The notes under the pieces were generated by a model. That model saw only the letters and a list, made by a program, of their open reading frames with translations, searched no databases and had not been told where the DNA came from. From NCBI GenBank assembly GCA_964623645.1, contig CAZURG010000002.1, positions 8,041-72,040 of the forward strand: 64,000 nucleotides of DNA, read 5' to 3'. Source of the DNA: an uncultured Gammaproteobacteria bacterium. Lineage in GTDB: Bacteria; Patescibacteriota; Patescibacteriia; 2-12-FULL-60-25. Positions 34,030 through 43,655 of the stretch are shown piece by piece (within the stretch, counting starts at the first letter, position 1; the number at the start of each line of letters is the position of its first letter). The position numbers were made by a program, and so were the translations under genes.

Positions 34030-34058
34030 AGAGTAGCAAGAAAAGGAGCTCCTGTCAA
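34030..34058 (-). promoter_or_regulatory. Sigma70-like promoter with extended -10 (for the 33975 gene)
   Basis: The minus strand reads TTGACA, 17 nt ending in TGC, then TACTCT. Confidence 0.45.
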
Positions 34059-34128
34059 TCTGAACGGGGTGTCGATCCGTACGCCCCATTTATTCGCTTA
34101 AATAAAAGACTTTTCGTTCCATGGACCT

Positions 34129-34157
34129 TGACAGAGCCCTTCTTTTCTGCTAGGATC
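34129..34157 (+). promoter_or_regulatory. Sigma70-like promoter with extended -10 (for the 34215 gene)
   Basis: TTGACA (34129-34134), 17 nt ending in TGC, TAGGAT (34152-34157). Confidence 0.5.
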
Positions 34158-34214
34158 GCCCGATGGTTTGCCGCTCATCGCGGGGCCATTTTCTCCCACG
34201 GAAGGATGTTTCCC

Positions 34215-35369
34215 ATGCGTAAAGTGATGATTGTATCGGTTCTTTCACTGGCCCTGCTCGCCTGCAGTGCCACGGTCACGTCTGGCGCCGAACCGGATGC
34301 GGCCAGCGAGGATGTCTCCGTCGGGGCCGATGCGGTTCCCGTGGACGCCTTCCCGCGTCCGGATGCGCCCGTGGTCGTGATGCCCGACGTCCCTCGGCGG
34401 CCGGACGCCCCGCCTCCGCGCGTCATCGCCCGTCTGTCGAGGGAGACGCCTCCCGCCCAGACGGTTCCCCCGAACGCGACGGGAGTCGATACCATCGCCA
34501 TCGACCTCGAGGCGACGGGGGAAGCGGTCGCGCCGTTCACGCTCCTCATGGTCCGCCGCGGGGTCGGGACGCCGGCGAGCTTCGCCCAGGTCTACCGCTA
34601 CGGCATCCCGAGCGGTTCGGTCTCCGGGACGCCTTACCGGTATTCGCCGGCGCGGTATCTCAATGTCGAGTCCGGCGAGTTCACCATCCCGGTCCCCGGC
34701 ATTCGGGAGCGGTCTACGACGACCGTCCATGTCTACGCGGACTTCCGAGCCCCGCTCCCGGGCAAGCAGCACGCCTTCGAGCTGCTCGGGATCATCCTCG
34801 GCGATGGGGAGGTCATCCCGGGGGACTTCTTGCGCGGCAACGAGATCCGCATCGGTTCGGAGCGGGCGAGCCAGCTCAGCGTGCGGCGCGGAGCCCCGCT
34901 TGGGATGATCCCGCGCGACACCCCCGGCGCGACGCTCGTCCGCACGCGCCTCGAGGCCGGGACCCATCCGATCGGCGTCCTGAGCCTCGTCATCTCCCTC
35001 GGTGGGAGCGTTCGAGGCTGGGAGGAGCTCTCGGAGCTCGAGCTCTGGCGTGGAGACCGGCTCGTCCCTTGCGTGAAGGGGATGGATCCGTTCAACGGGA
35101 CGCTCTTCTTCGTCCCCGTCTCGCCGGTCGCGCTTGCGGCAGCGACGGGCGCGGACTTCACCGTGCGCGGACGGGTCACTTCCGCCACCGGCAACACGTT
35201 GCACGCCTATGTCGAATACCCGGCAGACATCCGTGCGATCGACCTGACCCTCAACGCGCCTGCCGCCGTTTGCATCGCCTCAACGGGGACGGGCGGCTGC
35301 GACGGGCCCGACCAGGGTTCATTCGATGGGGACCGCGACAACGCGAGCGTCGGGGTCGTCGGGCCGTAG
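34215..35369 (+). CDS. Secreted lipoprotein, hypothetical
   Basis: ATG at 34215, 9 nt after ggaagga. Signal peptide plus lipobox: MRKVMIVSVLSLALLAC. An alternative start is at 34206. Confidence 0.6.
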   Translation: MRKVMIVSVLSLALLACSATVTSGAEPDAASEDVSVGADAVPVDAFPRPDAPVVVMPDVPRRPDAPPPRVIARLSRETPPAQTVPPNATGVDTIAIDLEATGEAVAPFTLLMVRRGVGTPASFAQVYRYGIPSGSVSGTPYRYSPARYLNVESGEFTIPVPGIRERSTTTVHVYADFRAPLPGKQHAFELLGIILGDGEVIPGDFLRGNEIRIGSERASQLSVRRGAPLGMIPRDTPGATLVRTRLEAGTHPIGVLSLVISLGGSVRGWEELSELELWRGDRLVPCVKGMDPFNGTLFFVPVSPVALAAATGADFTVRGRVTSATGNTLHAYVEYPADIRAIDLTLNAPAAVCIASTGTGGCDGPDQGSFDGDRDNASVGVVGP

Positions 35370-35380
35370 GGGGGTCCTGG

Positions 35381-35416
35381 GTCCTGCATTCGCTTGAGCG
35401 AGTGCAGGACTTTTTC
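35381..35416 (+). terminator. Rho-independent terminator
   Basis: gtcctgcattcgc-ttga-gcgagtgcaggac (13-bp stem with one mismatch) followed by ttttt. Confidence 0.65.
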
Positions 35417-35485
35417 ATTTTCGTAAATAAGGAGCGTGCGACCATAAATTGTGTTTTATCCGCTTGCGTGGGACGCTTCCTGCCT

Positions 35486-36157
35486 ATGCCCACGCCCTTC
35501 CACGACATCCTGCAAGCCGTTTCCGCCTGCGTCTTCGATAACGACGGCACGCTCGTCGATACCGAATCTGTCTGGATCGAGGCGTATGTCCGCTTGCTCT
35601 CCCCGTATGGGATCGAGCATTCGATGGCGATCCATCGTTCGATGATGGGTCTCTCGCCGCGCGATTGCGTGGTGGCAATGCAGCGTGCCTATGTCGGTCT
35701 TCCGCAAGGGGACGATGCGACCGACGAGCTGCTCCGCGAACGTCGGCGTTTATTTCAAGAGACGCGTGCCGAAAAAGGGATCCATCCCTTGCCCGGGGTC
35801 GTCGATTTTTTGCAGGCGGCACGCGAACAAGGGAAGCATCTCGCGATGGCGACCAGCGCCACGCGCGAGGACATCACGATGCAGCTGAGTCTGCTTGGAT
35901 GGAAAGACCTGTTTGAGGTCGTAGTGACGGCGGACGACATCAAGCGCCACAAGCCTGCCCCAGACGTCTATCTCGAGGCCGCCCGCCAGCTGGGGGTCGA
36001 ACCCAGCCGCTGTCTTGCATTTGAGGATGCGGCGAACGGTCTCGCGAGCGCGCATGCGGCAGGGATGTCCGTCGTGTTCGTGAGGGATGCGCGGTTTCAG
36101 ATGGAGGCGCCCTTCGAGCCCGAGGTGACGGTCGGATCGTTTGAAGAGATCCTGTGA
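35486..36157 (+). CDS. HAD-IA family hydrolase (beta-phosphoglucomutase-like)
   Basis: ATG at 35486. Motif I: VFDNDGTLVDTE. Also MATSATRE, KRHKPAPDVYL and FEDAANGLASAHAAGM. Confidence 0.85.
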   Translation: MPTPFHDILQAVSACVFDNDGTLVDTESVWIEAYVRLLSPYGIEHSMAIHRSMMGLSPRDCVVAMQRAYVGLPQGDDATDELLRERRRLFQETRAEKGIHPLPGVVDFLQAAREQGKHLAMATSATREDITMQLSLLGWKDLFEVVVTADDIKRHKPAPDVYLEAARQLGVEPSRCLAFEDAANGLASAHAAGMSVVFVRDARFQMEAPFEPEVTVGSFEEIL

Positions 36158-36170
36158 GTCGTTGTGGCAT

Positions 36171-36193
36171 GAAAAAAAATCCCCAAGGGGATT
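36171..36193 (-). terminator. Terminator of the 36193-36690 gene
   Basis: The minus strand reads aatcccc-tt-ggggatt followed by ttttttt. Confidence 0.5.
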
Positions 36194-36690
36194 CAGGGCT
36201 GGATGTCCACGCCGGCATCCACCGGGGGCGGCAGGGGAGCCAGCACGTCCATCTGCGGGACCGTGAGCGTCGCCGACAGGAGGTGCGGGCCGCATTCCAT
36301 GACGCAGAAGATGGGGCGGCTGGGGTAGGCGAAGGTGCAGATCCGCCCATCCCAGATGCCGAGGCGGCCGTAGCCGTCGATGGCCTGATCCTTGGTCCAG
36401 GTCGGCTGCGGGTTGGCGGCGAGGAGGCGTAGGCGGGTCCGTCCACACGGCGGTTCGGGCGTGGGGTCGAGAGTCGCGCCTCGGTCACCGGTGATCGCGA
36501 TCACCACGACCGTCACGGCGATCCCTCCCAGCCCGACGAGGCCCAGCACGTTCAGTTGGCGTTTCCGCCGTTCCTGAATTTCCAGCTGCTGCCGCTCCGT
36601 CTCTTGCCGAAGCCGTTCGGCTTCTGCTGCTGCGTGGCGTTCCTTCAGTCCGCGCAGCATGCTGTCGCGGTAGTCCGTTCCCTGGTTCAT
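36193..36690 (-). CDS. Membrane-anchored hypothetical protein
   Basis: ATG at 36690 (MNQGTDY). A coiled-coil segment, then the TM helix LGLVGLGGIAVTVVVIAI, then an extracytoplasmic domain. Confidence 0.5.
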   Translation of the reverse strand: MNQGTDYRDSMLRGLKERHAAAEAERLRQETERQQLEIQERRKRQLNVLGLVGLGGIAVTVVVIAITGDRGATLDPTPEPPCGRTRLRLLAANPQPTWTKDQAIDGYGRLGIWDGRICTFAYPSRPIFCVMECGPHLLSATLTVPQMDVLAPLPPPVDAGVDIQP

Positions 36691-36833
36691 GGGGGTGCTC
36701 CTTCGGGGCAGCGGGGATGGTCCGACGAGAGGATCTCGTTCGTGCGAGTGTCCCAAAAAAAACAGGGTTTGTCAAGGGTGGATAAGGAACGGGCAGGGGC
36801 AAAAAAAGACCGTCCAGATGTTGGGTCGGACGG

Positions 36834-37151
36834 TCAGGTTTCCTCTTCGCGAGGAGGCGGGCAGGGTGTCGCGGCGCGCATGGGGCGGGTCGGGGCCTTC
36901 GCACGCGCGGGGATGGCCGCCTGCGCGAGCGGGTAGCGTGCCTTGAGTTCCTCGAGCGTCAGGGCAACGAGTGGGCGGATTCCGTGCGTCGTCGCGGTCT
37001 GGACCAGCATCCCACCAGCGCCAAGCGGGCGTCCGATGCGCGCTTCGGCGATCTCGTCGACGGTCGCGCCGATGATGCAGACCTCATGCTCCGGCGAGTC
37101 TCCTTTGGGATCGCTCGGGATCGTGATGACATGGATGGTGTTCGTCGGCAT
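36834..37151 (-). CDS. Small hypothetical protein
   Basis: ATG at 37151 (MPTNTIHVITIP), downstream of the promoter at 37213-37241. Confidence 0.45.
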   Translation of the reverse strand: MPTNTIHVITIPSDPKGDSPEHEVCIIGATVDEIAEARIGRPLGAGGMLVQTATTHGIRPLVALTLEELKARYPLAQAAIPARAKAPTRPMRAATPCPPPREEET

Positions 37152-37212
37152 GGCCTCTCCTTTTTTGCGCCCGATTCTCAATCATCGTCTTTTCGTGAGC
37201 GATGATCGGTTG

Positions 37213-37241
37213 AACATAGGGGATGGAATGGGCCGTGTCAA
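37213..37241 (-). promoter_or_regulatory. Sigma70-like promoter
   Basis: The minus strand reads TTGACA, 17 nt, then TATGTT. Confidence 0.45.
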
Positions 37242-37300
37242 GGGGTGCAGACGATCTTTTTATGGAAAAGCCGCCAAGAAAGGCGGTTTTTTGGAGGCGT

Positions 37301-38134
37301 TCAGGGTTCCGGTGGATCGCCGAACGCGATCGCCTCGACCCGATCACCGACGCGGAGGATGGCGGGGCCCTCGTGGATGGCGTAGAGGCCGAAGAGGGGA
37401 CGACCATCTACGTGGTGAATGCGCGTGAGCGTCTCCGTCGGTTCGGTCGGATGACGCGTGCCGTCGTTCGGGTCGACGCGGATGATGGGGCAGCGGTCGC
37501 AGCGTTTCACGCCATGCAGGGCGACGCCCCCGATGCGGAAATTCTTCCATACGTCCTCTTCCCACGGCACCCGCGTGCGGACGACGAGATTCGCGCGGAA
37601 GGGATCCATCCCGATCGGTCCGTAGCCCGCCGGCAGCTCCCGGTTCAGTTCGGCGAGCGACGCTTCACCGATGATCAGTAGGGGGTATCCATTAACGAAG
37701 CTGAGGCCTGTCACGACGCCTTCCGGCCGCCGCTTGGGGATGCGCTGGTGGCTTCTTGCCTGGAACACCAGGCGGGCCCGTTCCCCGAGGAAGGTCGAGA
37801 GGAGGTCCGCGACCTCCGTACCCTGATCATGAGCCGGTCCTTCGTGCTTGCAGATCCTCGCCGCGCAGAGTGCGTCCCCTTCCCAGGCGGAACGCGGAAC
37901 GGTGACCCTTCCGGCGAGGCCTTCGCAACGGACGATGAGGCCTTCTTCGTTGACCGTTGGAACGACCCGCGCGAGGACCGGGTGCGTGTACTGCGTTATG
38001 CAGCGTCCATGCGCGTCGATGATGGCCCAGCGGTGGTCCAGCTCCAGCCCGTCGTTGTCGAGTGCGGCTTCGGCGAGTGACAGGCCACGGCATGACTTGA
38101 TGGGGTGGCAGCGGATCTCTGTGATCTCGTGCAT
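37301..38134 (-). CDS. MOSC-domain protein (YcbX-like, MOSC_N + MOSC)
   Basis: 277 aa. Family hallmarks: ITEIRCHPIKSCRGLSL at the N-terminus and GVKRCDRCPIIRVDPNDG. Confidence 0.85.
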   Translation of the reverse strand: MHEITEIRCHPIKSCRGLSLAEAALDNDGLELDHRWAIIDAHGRCITQYTHPVLARVVPTVNEEGLIVRCEGLAGRVTVPRSAWEGDALCAARICKHEGPAHDQGTEVADLLSTFLGERARLVFQARSHQRIPKRRPEGVVTGLSFVNGYPLLIIGEASLAELNRELPAGYGPIGMDPFRANLVVRTRVPWEEDVWKNFRIGGVALHGVKRCDRCPIIRVDPNDGTRHPTEPTETLTRIHHVDGRPLFGLYAIHEGPAILRVGDRVEAIAFGDPPEP

Positions 38135-38303
38135 GTGGACCTCCTAGCGTTGCATCGGAACGTTTTCGTTTCCATCCAGGTCGGCGCCATCATGGCCCAT
38201 GGCGCGGAATTCGGCAAGCGGCCGATTTTCCCGATTTTATGGGGATTTTCCGCTCTTGAAGCTGGCCTTGAAATCCGGCATGGTGTAGAATAAAGTTTTC
38301 CTT

Positions 38304-38816
38304 ATGCCTCCTCGCCGTGTCGTTGTCCATGATTTGATGCAACAGGGGTACGTATATGACTGCGTCGCTCCCGTCGGCCGACGATTCGATCCCGCCTTCA
38401 AGCCCGAGCTCACGCCTAAGCAGATGCTCGCCCTCGGCGTCTTTGGTGGGCGCTATATGCGTGATTGTGGCGCAGAGTTTCCCAAAGACTGGTTCGCGCG
38501 CGCGAAATTCGCCGTTGGCCGCTCAGATCACAAGCTGAATTATTTCAAGGTGAAGGCCAGCCAATCGTTGGCTGTCTGGCGGCGGAACGGCTGGATCAAC
38601 CAGGGCCACGACCCGCGCGGCTGGTTCCAGTGGTATTGCCGCTACTATCTTGGCCGTCGCCTGCCGAAGGAGGATGCCCGCCAGATCCGGCGTTGGCGGG
38701 CGATCGCGCGCCATGCTTCTCAGGTGCGAAATAGCTGTTCGCCGCGTGACCTCACCTGTCGCCCCGGACAGCGTCAGGCCCTCCTCCATTGGGCCTACGA
38801 CAGCCGCAAGATATGA
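38304..38816 (+). CDS. Conserved hypothetical protein
   Basis: 170 aa. The W/R-rich motif DPRGWFQWYCRYYLGRRL is present. I cannot name the family with confidence. Confidence 0.55.
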   Translation: MPPRRVVVHDLMQQGYVYDCVAPVGRRFDPAFKPELTPKQMLALGVFGGRYMRDCGAEFPKDWFARAKFAVGRSDHKLNYFKVKASQSLAVWRRNGWINQGHDPRGWFQWYCRYYLGRRLPKEDARQIRRWRAIARHASQVRNSCSPRDLTCRPGQRQALLHWAYDSRKI

Positions 38817-38848
38817 AACGCCGGGTCCGTCTGCTATTCTGACCCTAT

Positions 38849-39910
38849 ATGGAATTCTTTTCTCGTCTCAACCAAAGGCAGCAGCAGGTTTTGCGGGTCG
38901 CCGGGATCGCGGTGCTTGGCCTCTTCGTTCTCGCGGTCGTCGTGCGGGTCGTCGGTTCGCCGATCGGATTGCTGGGTCGACCGGGGTTCGGTCGCGAGGA
39001 AGGGTCCGCCGTCGCCCCCTCGATGCCCTATGACGCCGACGTCTATCGACAAGCGGCCACGGGAGGAGCCGCGTATGGCAAGGCCTATGATCAGGGCGCG
39101 CCAACGCTTTCCGCCCGTAATATCGCTCCCATGCCTCCAGGTACGCCGGGAGGTGCCAGCGGCAATGAGGCGGAAGCCTTCGAGGTCACGCAGTACAGCG
39201 CGCACATCGAGACGCGCGACCTCCGTTCCACGTGTGACCAAATCAGTGGTTGGAAGGGCCAGAGCTACGTGATTTTCGAACGAGCCAACCGCGGCGATCG
39301 TGCCTGCGATTTCCGCTTCAAAGTCGAGCGCGCCCGTGTCGACGAGGTCTTGGGCCGACTCCAGGCCTTCAAACCGAAGGAGCTCGTGCAGGATACGCAG
39401 ACGATCAAGCGTGAGGTCGACGATTTCACGAGTGAACTCGACATTCTCCAAAAGAAACAACGGTCCATCGACAGCACCCTCGATAGTGCCACCCGCGCCT
39501 ACGACGAGATCTCGACCCTCGCCACGCGCACGCAGGATGCTTCGAGTCTCGCCCGGGTCATTGAAGCCAAGCTTCAAACGATCGAGCGCCTCACCGCCGA
39601 GCGTCTGGCCGTCAACGAGCAAGTTGACCGTTTGCAACGCCTCAAGGCCGAACGCCTCGACCAGATCGACTACACCTATTTTTCCGTCAGCGTCTACGAG
39701 CGCCCTTACCTCGACGGCAAGCAACTCAAGGAGTCCTGGCAGGCCGCCGTCCGCGAGTTTGTTCGTACCGTCAACGTCATTGCTCAGGACTTGACCCTCG
39801 GCCTCGCCGCCCTCCTCCTGTTCGCCGCGCAGTATCTCCTCTATCTCGTGCTCGTGGTGGTCGTTGCCAAATACGTTTGGCGGTTCGTGCAGTACATCTG
39901 GAAGAGATAA
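38849..39910 (+). CDS. DUF4349 domain protein
   Basis: 353 aa. N-terminal TM helix, YSAHIETRDL...FRFKVERARVDEVLGRL, a coiled coil, and C-terminal TM helices. This is the DUF4349 architecture. Confidence 0.7.
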   Translation: MEFFSRLNQRQQQVLRVAGIAVLGLFVLAVVVRVVGSPIGLLGRPGFGREEGSAVAPSMPYDADVYRQAATGGAAYGKAYDQGAPTLSARNIAPMPPGTPGGASGNEAEAFEVTQYSAHIETRDLRSTCDQISGWKGQSYVIFERANRGDRACDFRFKVERARVDEVLGRLQAFKPKELVQDTQTIKREVDDFTSELDILQKKQRSIDSTLDSATRAYDEISTLATRTQDASSLARVIEAKLQTIERLTAERLAVNEQVDRLQRLKAERLDQIDYTYFSVSVYERPYLDGKQLKESWQAAVREFVRTVNVIAQDLTLGLAALLLFAAQYLLYLVLVVVVAKYVWRFVQYIWKR

Positions 39911-39933
39911 CGAAAAAGCCATCCGCTCGGAAC

Positions 39934-39962
39934 GAAAAACATCCCTTTTTGGGATGTTTTTC
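39934..39962 (+). terminator. Rho-independent terminator
   Basis: aaaacatccc-ttttt-gggatgttttt. Confidence 0.65.
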
Positions 39963-40052
39963 ATGTCTTCAACCTTGCCGGTCGATGGGGTATCATGGGG
40001 CGCATGAGGGTGCGCCCGTTCTGGGCTCGCCCAAGCCCCCTTCCTTCTTTCT

Positions 40053-41603
40053 ATGCGCGATGAAACTTCCGGCTTCGGTTCCCGCGGATACGACCGCGCG
40101 CTTCCTGTCCGTGATCCCGATGCGCAACAGGAGGTGCGCGAATCCTTCCAGCGTTTCCTCGCGGGCCTGCAGGAGATCATCGAGAACCGTCCGCCCGAAC
40201 GGTGGCTTCGGGGAATATATCTGTATTTCCGCCGCTCCCAGCAGGCGCTTGAAACGTATAATCCGGAGATCCGCCGGTATCTTGGCCGGCGCCTTGAGCC
40301 CGTGATGGATCTTCTGCGTGAACGTGCGAAAGATCAGAAAGGGAGAAGGGGTGCCGCCCCCGCAGAAGATCAGGCCCAAGTCGCCCAGGAACTCATCCAC
40401 GCGATCGAGCACATCCTCATCCCCGAACGCGAACAGGAGCGTCGCTTCACGATCCATCGCGTTTCCCTGGCGGAATTGCTAGAGGACGATGTCCATTTTC
40501 GGCTTGGTTCCATGCTGACGAAGGCCGGTGATCGGATTCCTGCCTTGCTTGTTTGTGCCGGAGGAGAAGGGGACGGTTGGTATCCGCTCCCTCTACCTTC
40601 CTCTCATGAGATGATGCACAAGGGCGGCACGCCCCGCGTCATCCTCAAGATCCTGGCCGGTGCCCCGCTTGACCGGATCCGTGCCGAACTCCCGCCGAAC
40701 GATTTTGACGTTATCGCGAGCGGTGATCCGTTGACGCGCCAGCGCGAGGCGGTCCATATGGGTGTTGATCTTGAAGGGGTCGAACATGTTGAATCATTGG
40801 CGGAACTGGATCGGCTCTTTGCGGGACGGGACATCAACCTGAATCAATGCTTCTTTGGCCTCAATGGGCTGACGTATACACAGCAAGCCTTGGAGGCGGC
40901 TCGTACCGGATCGATTTCCCTCGAGGCGACCGAACGCGGCCTCTATGGTTCGGAGACCCTCATCTATGACGGTGTCAAGCTTGCCAAGAACCGCGGCATG
41001 CAACGGCTCCTAAAGTTCGTGGCGGAAGGGAAGGCGGATTCGTTCACGTTCAATGCTCTCAACGAAAAGATCGAATTCGGCATCTACTGGCTCACGCTCA
41101 CCCGTAAGTTCGCTCGCAAGCCGAACGCCGGGGAATTGCTTGATCGGTTGCTGTATTTAGGTCGCCAGATCGGCCAAGTCGGCCCTGATGAGCATTCGAT
41201 TTACGATGTCCTGACCCGCGTCCATAAGGAATACCCGTTTTTCAGCATGGAGGACATGTCGCTTGACCAGGTTGCTTTGGCGCGTTGGCTCGGCGGTAAG
41301 CTCGTGAAGCTCGCCGATCGTCGCTTCCGCCAAGAGGAGCGTGTCGCTTCCGGCATGGGTCTCGAGCGCACGCCTGGCGACACGGTTCCGTATCGCGTCT
41401 CGTTGGACGAATACGTTCCCGATGCCGCCCGCATCGCGTCGGCCCAGGCAGGATGGTCGAGCTTCGTCACGGAATGCAACCGTCGGACGCAGGCCTATCA
41501 GGCCAGCGAGCCAGACCGGAAACGACAGGTATTGGCGCGCCTAAACACGTCTTCCGCCGTCCGTCCCGCCTCACGGGGGGAAGCTGATAATTTTGCCGCC
41601 TAA
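40053..41603 (+). CDS. Hypothetical protein with a divergent PolyA_pol/CCA-adding-type nucleotidyltransferase-like core
   Basis: 516 aa. GGTPRVILKILAGAPLDRIRAELPPNDFDVIASGD (from ~40623) resembles GG-x-x-R-x-x-L-L-G...D-x-D. GRDINLNQCFF (~40827) resembles the RDFTINA motif. The resemblance is weak and rests on motifs only. Confidence 0.35.
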   Translation: MRDETSGFGSRGYDRALPVRDPDAQQEVRESFQRFLAGLQEIIENRPPERWLRGIYLYFRRSQQALETYNPEIRRYLGRRLEPVMDLLRERAKDQKGRRGAAPAEDQAQVAQELIHAIEHILIPEREQERRFTIHRVSLAELLEDDVHFRLGSMLTKAGDRIPALLVCAGGEGDGWYPLPLPSSHEMMHKGGTPRVILKILAGAPLDRIRAELPPNDFDVIASGDPLTRQREAVHMGVDLEGVEHVESLAELDRLFAGRDINLNQCFFGLNGLTYTQQALEAARTGSISLEATERGLYGSETLIYDGVKLAKNRGMQRLLKFVAEGKADSFTFNALNEKIEFGIYWLTLTRKFARKPNAGELLDRLLYLGRQIGQVGPDEHSIYDVLTRVHKEYPFFSMEDMSLDQVALARWLGGKLVKLADRRFRQEERVASGMGLERTPGDTVPYRVSLDEYVPDAARIASAQAGWSSFVTECNRRTQAYQASEPDRKRQVLARLNTSSAVRPASRGEADNFAA

Positions 41604-41767
41604 GCGTCCGCCTGTCATGCTTGGTGGGTGCGCGCGTTTCTCAGTATTTCACTTTTATTGAAAGGGATTAGCCGGGGCGGATCGTTCATCGATGATCCAC
41701 CTGTTTTTCTTTAAGGGAAGCTGTTTTTTTGGTTTTTTGTCCGTCCTCACGCTTTTTTGTATTTCCT

Positions 41768-42850
41768 ATGGAACCCTGGCAACAAGAGCTCGCCCAGACC
41801 ATCCGCACCCTCGATCAGTTGGATGTCCTCGTTCCGATCGCCCAACGCGAGACCATGCGGGCCGTCCTCAAGAATATGCGCCTCGCGATCACGCCGCATA
41901 CGGCCAAGCTGATCGATTTCGCGAACCCTCAGGATCCGCTCTTCCTCATGACCGTGCCGCAAGCGCGAGAGCTGGATTTCTCTCCGGAAGAGCTCACCGA
42001 TCCCATCGGTGACGAGGCGAAATCGCCCATCCCGTTCCTCACGCACCGCTATCCCGACCGCGTGCTCGTGTACGTGACGTTCTTCTGTTCCGCATATTGC
42101 CGGTTCTGCTTCCGCCGCTTCAAGACGGGCCAGGCGACGCCAGGGCCGACCGCCGATGACCGTGAGCGCGTCTGCGCGTACCTGCGCGCGCATCCCGAGG
42201 TCGATGAGGTGATCCTAACCGGCGGTGACCCGCTGACGCTTGTTAACGCGCAGCTCCAGGAGTGGCTCGCGGCACTGCGGGCCGTTCCCACGGTGACGCG
42301 GATCCGGATCCATACCCGCGTGCCCGTCAATTTGCCGTCGCGGATCACGCCTGGCCTGATCTCCTTGTTGCGCGGCGCCATGGACGCGACGCATCCCGTC
42401 TACGTCGTCACGCATTTCAACCATCCGTGTGAGCTCGCTCCGGAAAATATCGCCGCCATCGCCGCGCTCGTTGATGCGGGGATCGTCGTCCGCAACCAGG
42501 CGGTGCTCTTGCGCGGCGTGAACGATGACGCAGTGACGCTGCGCGCCCTCTTCAAGCGCCTCACCGATGTCCGCGTCGTTCCGTATTACTTGCACCAGCT
42601 CGACCTCGCCCGCGGCACCGGCCATTTCCGCGTGGCGATTGAAACGGGAATCGCGCTGATGCGGGCCTTGCAGGGGACGACGACCGGGATCGCCTTGCCG
42701 CGGTACATGCTCGATCTACCCGGCGGGCACGGGAAGGTTCCGCTCGGGACCGCTTGGCTCGCACGTCAGGAAGACGGTGCCTATCGCGCGGAAAGCCCGC
42801 TCGGCGCCGCGGTCACGTACCACGAGCCATCCGAAAAAAGCCCCACCTAG
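41768..42850 (+). CDS. KamA-family radical SAM enzyme (lysine 2,3-aminomutase / EpmB-like)
   Basis: ATG at 41768. FLTHRYPDRVLVYVTFFCSAYCRFCFRRF carries the CxxxCxxC cluster, followed by ILTGGDPL. Confidence 0.85.
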   Translation: MEPWQQELAQTIRTLDQLDVLVPIAQRETMRAVLKNMRLAITPHTAKLIDFANPQDPLFLMTVPQARELDFSPEELTDPIGDEAKSPIPFLTHRYPDRVLVYVTFFCSAYCRFCFRRFKTGQATPGPTADDRERVCAYLRAHPEVDEVILTGGDPLTLVNAQLQEWLAALRAVPTVTRIRIHTRVPVNLPSRITPGLISLLRGAMDATHPVYVVTHFNHPCELAPENIAAIAALVDAGIVVRNQAVLLRGVNDDAVTLRALFKRLTDVRVVPYYLHQLDLARGTGHFRVAIETGIALMRALQGTTTGIALPRYMLDLPGGHGKVPLGTAWLARQEDGAYRAESPLGAAVTYHEPSEKSPT

Positions 42851-42862
42851 GTGGGGCTTTTA
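42834..42862. terminator. Bidirectional terminator between convergent genes
   Basis: aaaaa-agccccac-ctag-gtggggct-ttt. Confidence 0.55.
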
Positions 42863-43567
42863 GCGAAACAGGTCCGCGAACCAGCCAAGCAGCCAACGCA
42901 GTGCGCCGATCTTTCCGGGTGCAGCGACGGTCTTGCTCGTGAACAGGACCGTCGCTTCGCCGTCGGCCTCGCCCGTGGCCGGATTGAAATCATGGAGGGC
43001 TCCCATCAGGCGCGCGCTCGGATAGGTCTGCGCGCCGTCCTTCGCGGGATCGACGACGGTGAACGTGTCTGCCGTCTCGTCATATCCCGTGAGGACGGCC
43101 ACGTGGAACGAGTCGCCTTCGGGACGCGTGCCATAGAGTGCGTACATGTCGATGAGGACGATCACCGGCCGTTCCGCCGCGAGTTCGCCGCGCAGGTCCT
43201 CAACGGTCGGATTTCGTTTAATTTCCGCAGAAAAACCGCCTTTCTCTTGGATCAGCCGGAGCGTCTCTTCCGCGCTCGTGTCGGTGTTCTTCTCGAACGT
43301 CGCGTCTTCCCAGGCGATCATCTCCTGCATCGTAGCCTTGGCGTCGGCGGGCGCGAGCGCGGCTTGCCCCTCGTAAAACCCGCGGACCATGAGGATGCTC
43401 GCTTCCTCGCAGGCCTCGCTCCAAGGCAGGGCCCACGTGCCATCGGGGACTTGCGAGACGTAGGGAACGGTCAGCGTTTGCGTCGCGGCCTGAGCCGTTT
43501 CGGGAACGGGCGCGAGCGCGAAGCCAAGTGACAAAGCAACCACGGCAACCCGGTGAGGATGGTTCAT
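42860..43567 (-). CDS. Secreted peptidase_C39-like (C39_2/BtrH-like) protein
   Basis: 235 aa. A signal peptide, then LTVPYVSQVPDGTWALPWSEACEEASILMV (catalytic Cys context). Later: HVAVLTGYDE. Confidence 0.55.
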   Translation of the reverse strand: MNHPHRVAVVALSLGFALAPVPETAQAATQTLTVPYVSQVPDGTWALPWSEACEEASILMVRGFYEGQAALAPADAKATMQEMIAWEDATFEKNTDTSAEETLRLIQEKGGFSAEIKRNPTVEDLRGELAAERPVIVLIDMYALYGTRPEGDSFHVAVLTGYDETADTFTVVDPAKDGAQTYPSARLMGALHDFNPATGEADGEATVLFTSKTVAAPGKIGALRWLLGWFADLFR

Positions 43568-43621
43568 AGAAAGGGGTTAGGGAGTCTTCCCCTAACGGTA
43601 TCCCTCCTCAAGATCCTGTCA

Positions 43622-43655
43622 AACAAAAAAAGACCCGACCAAGCGCAGTCGGGTC
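43622..43655 (-). terminator. Terminator of the ABC exporter gene
   Basis: The minus strand reads gacccgac-tgcgcttg-gtcgggtc followed by tttttttgttt. Confidence 0.6.
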
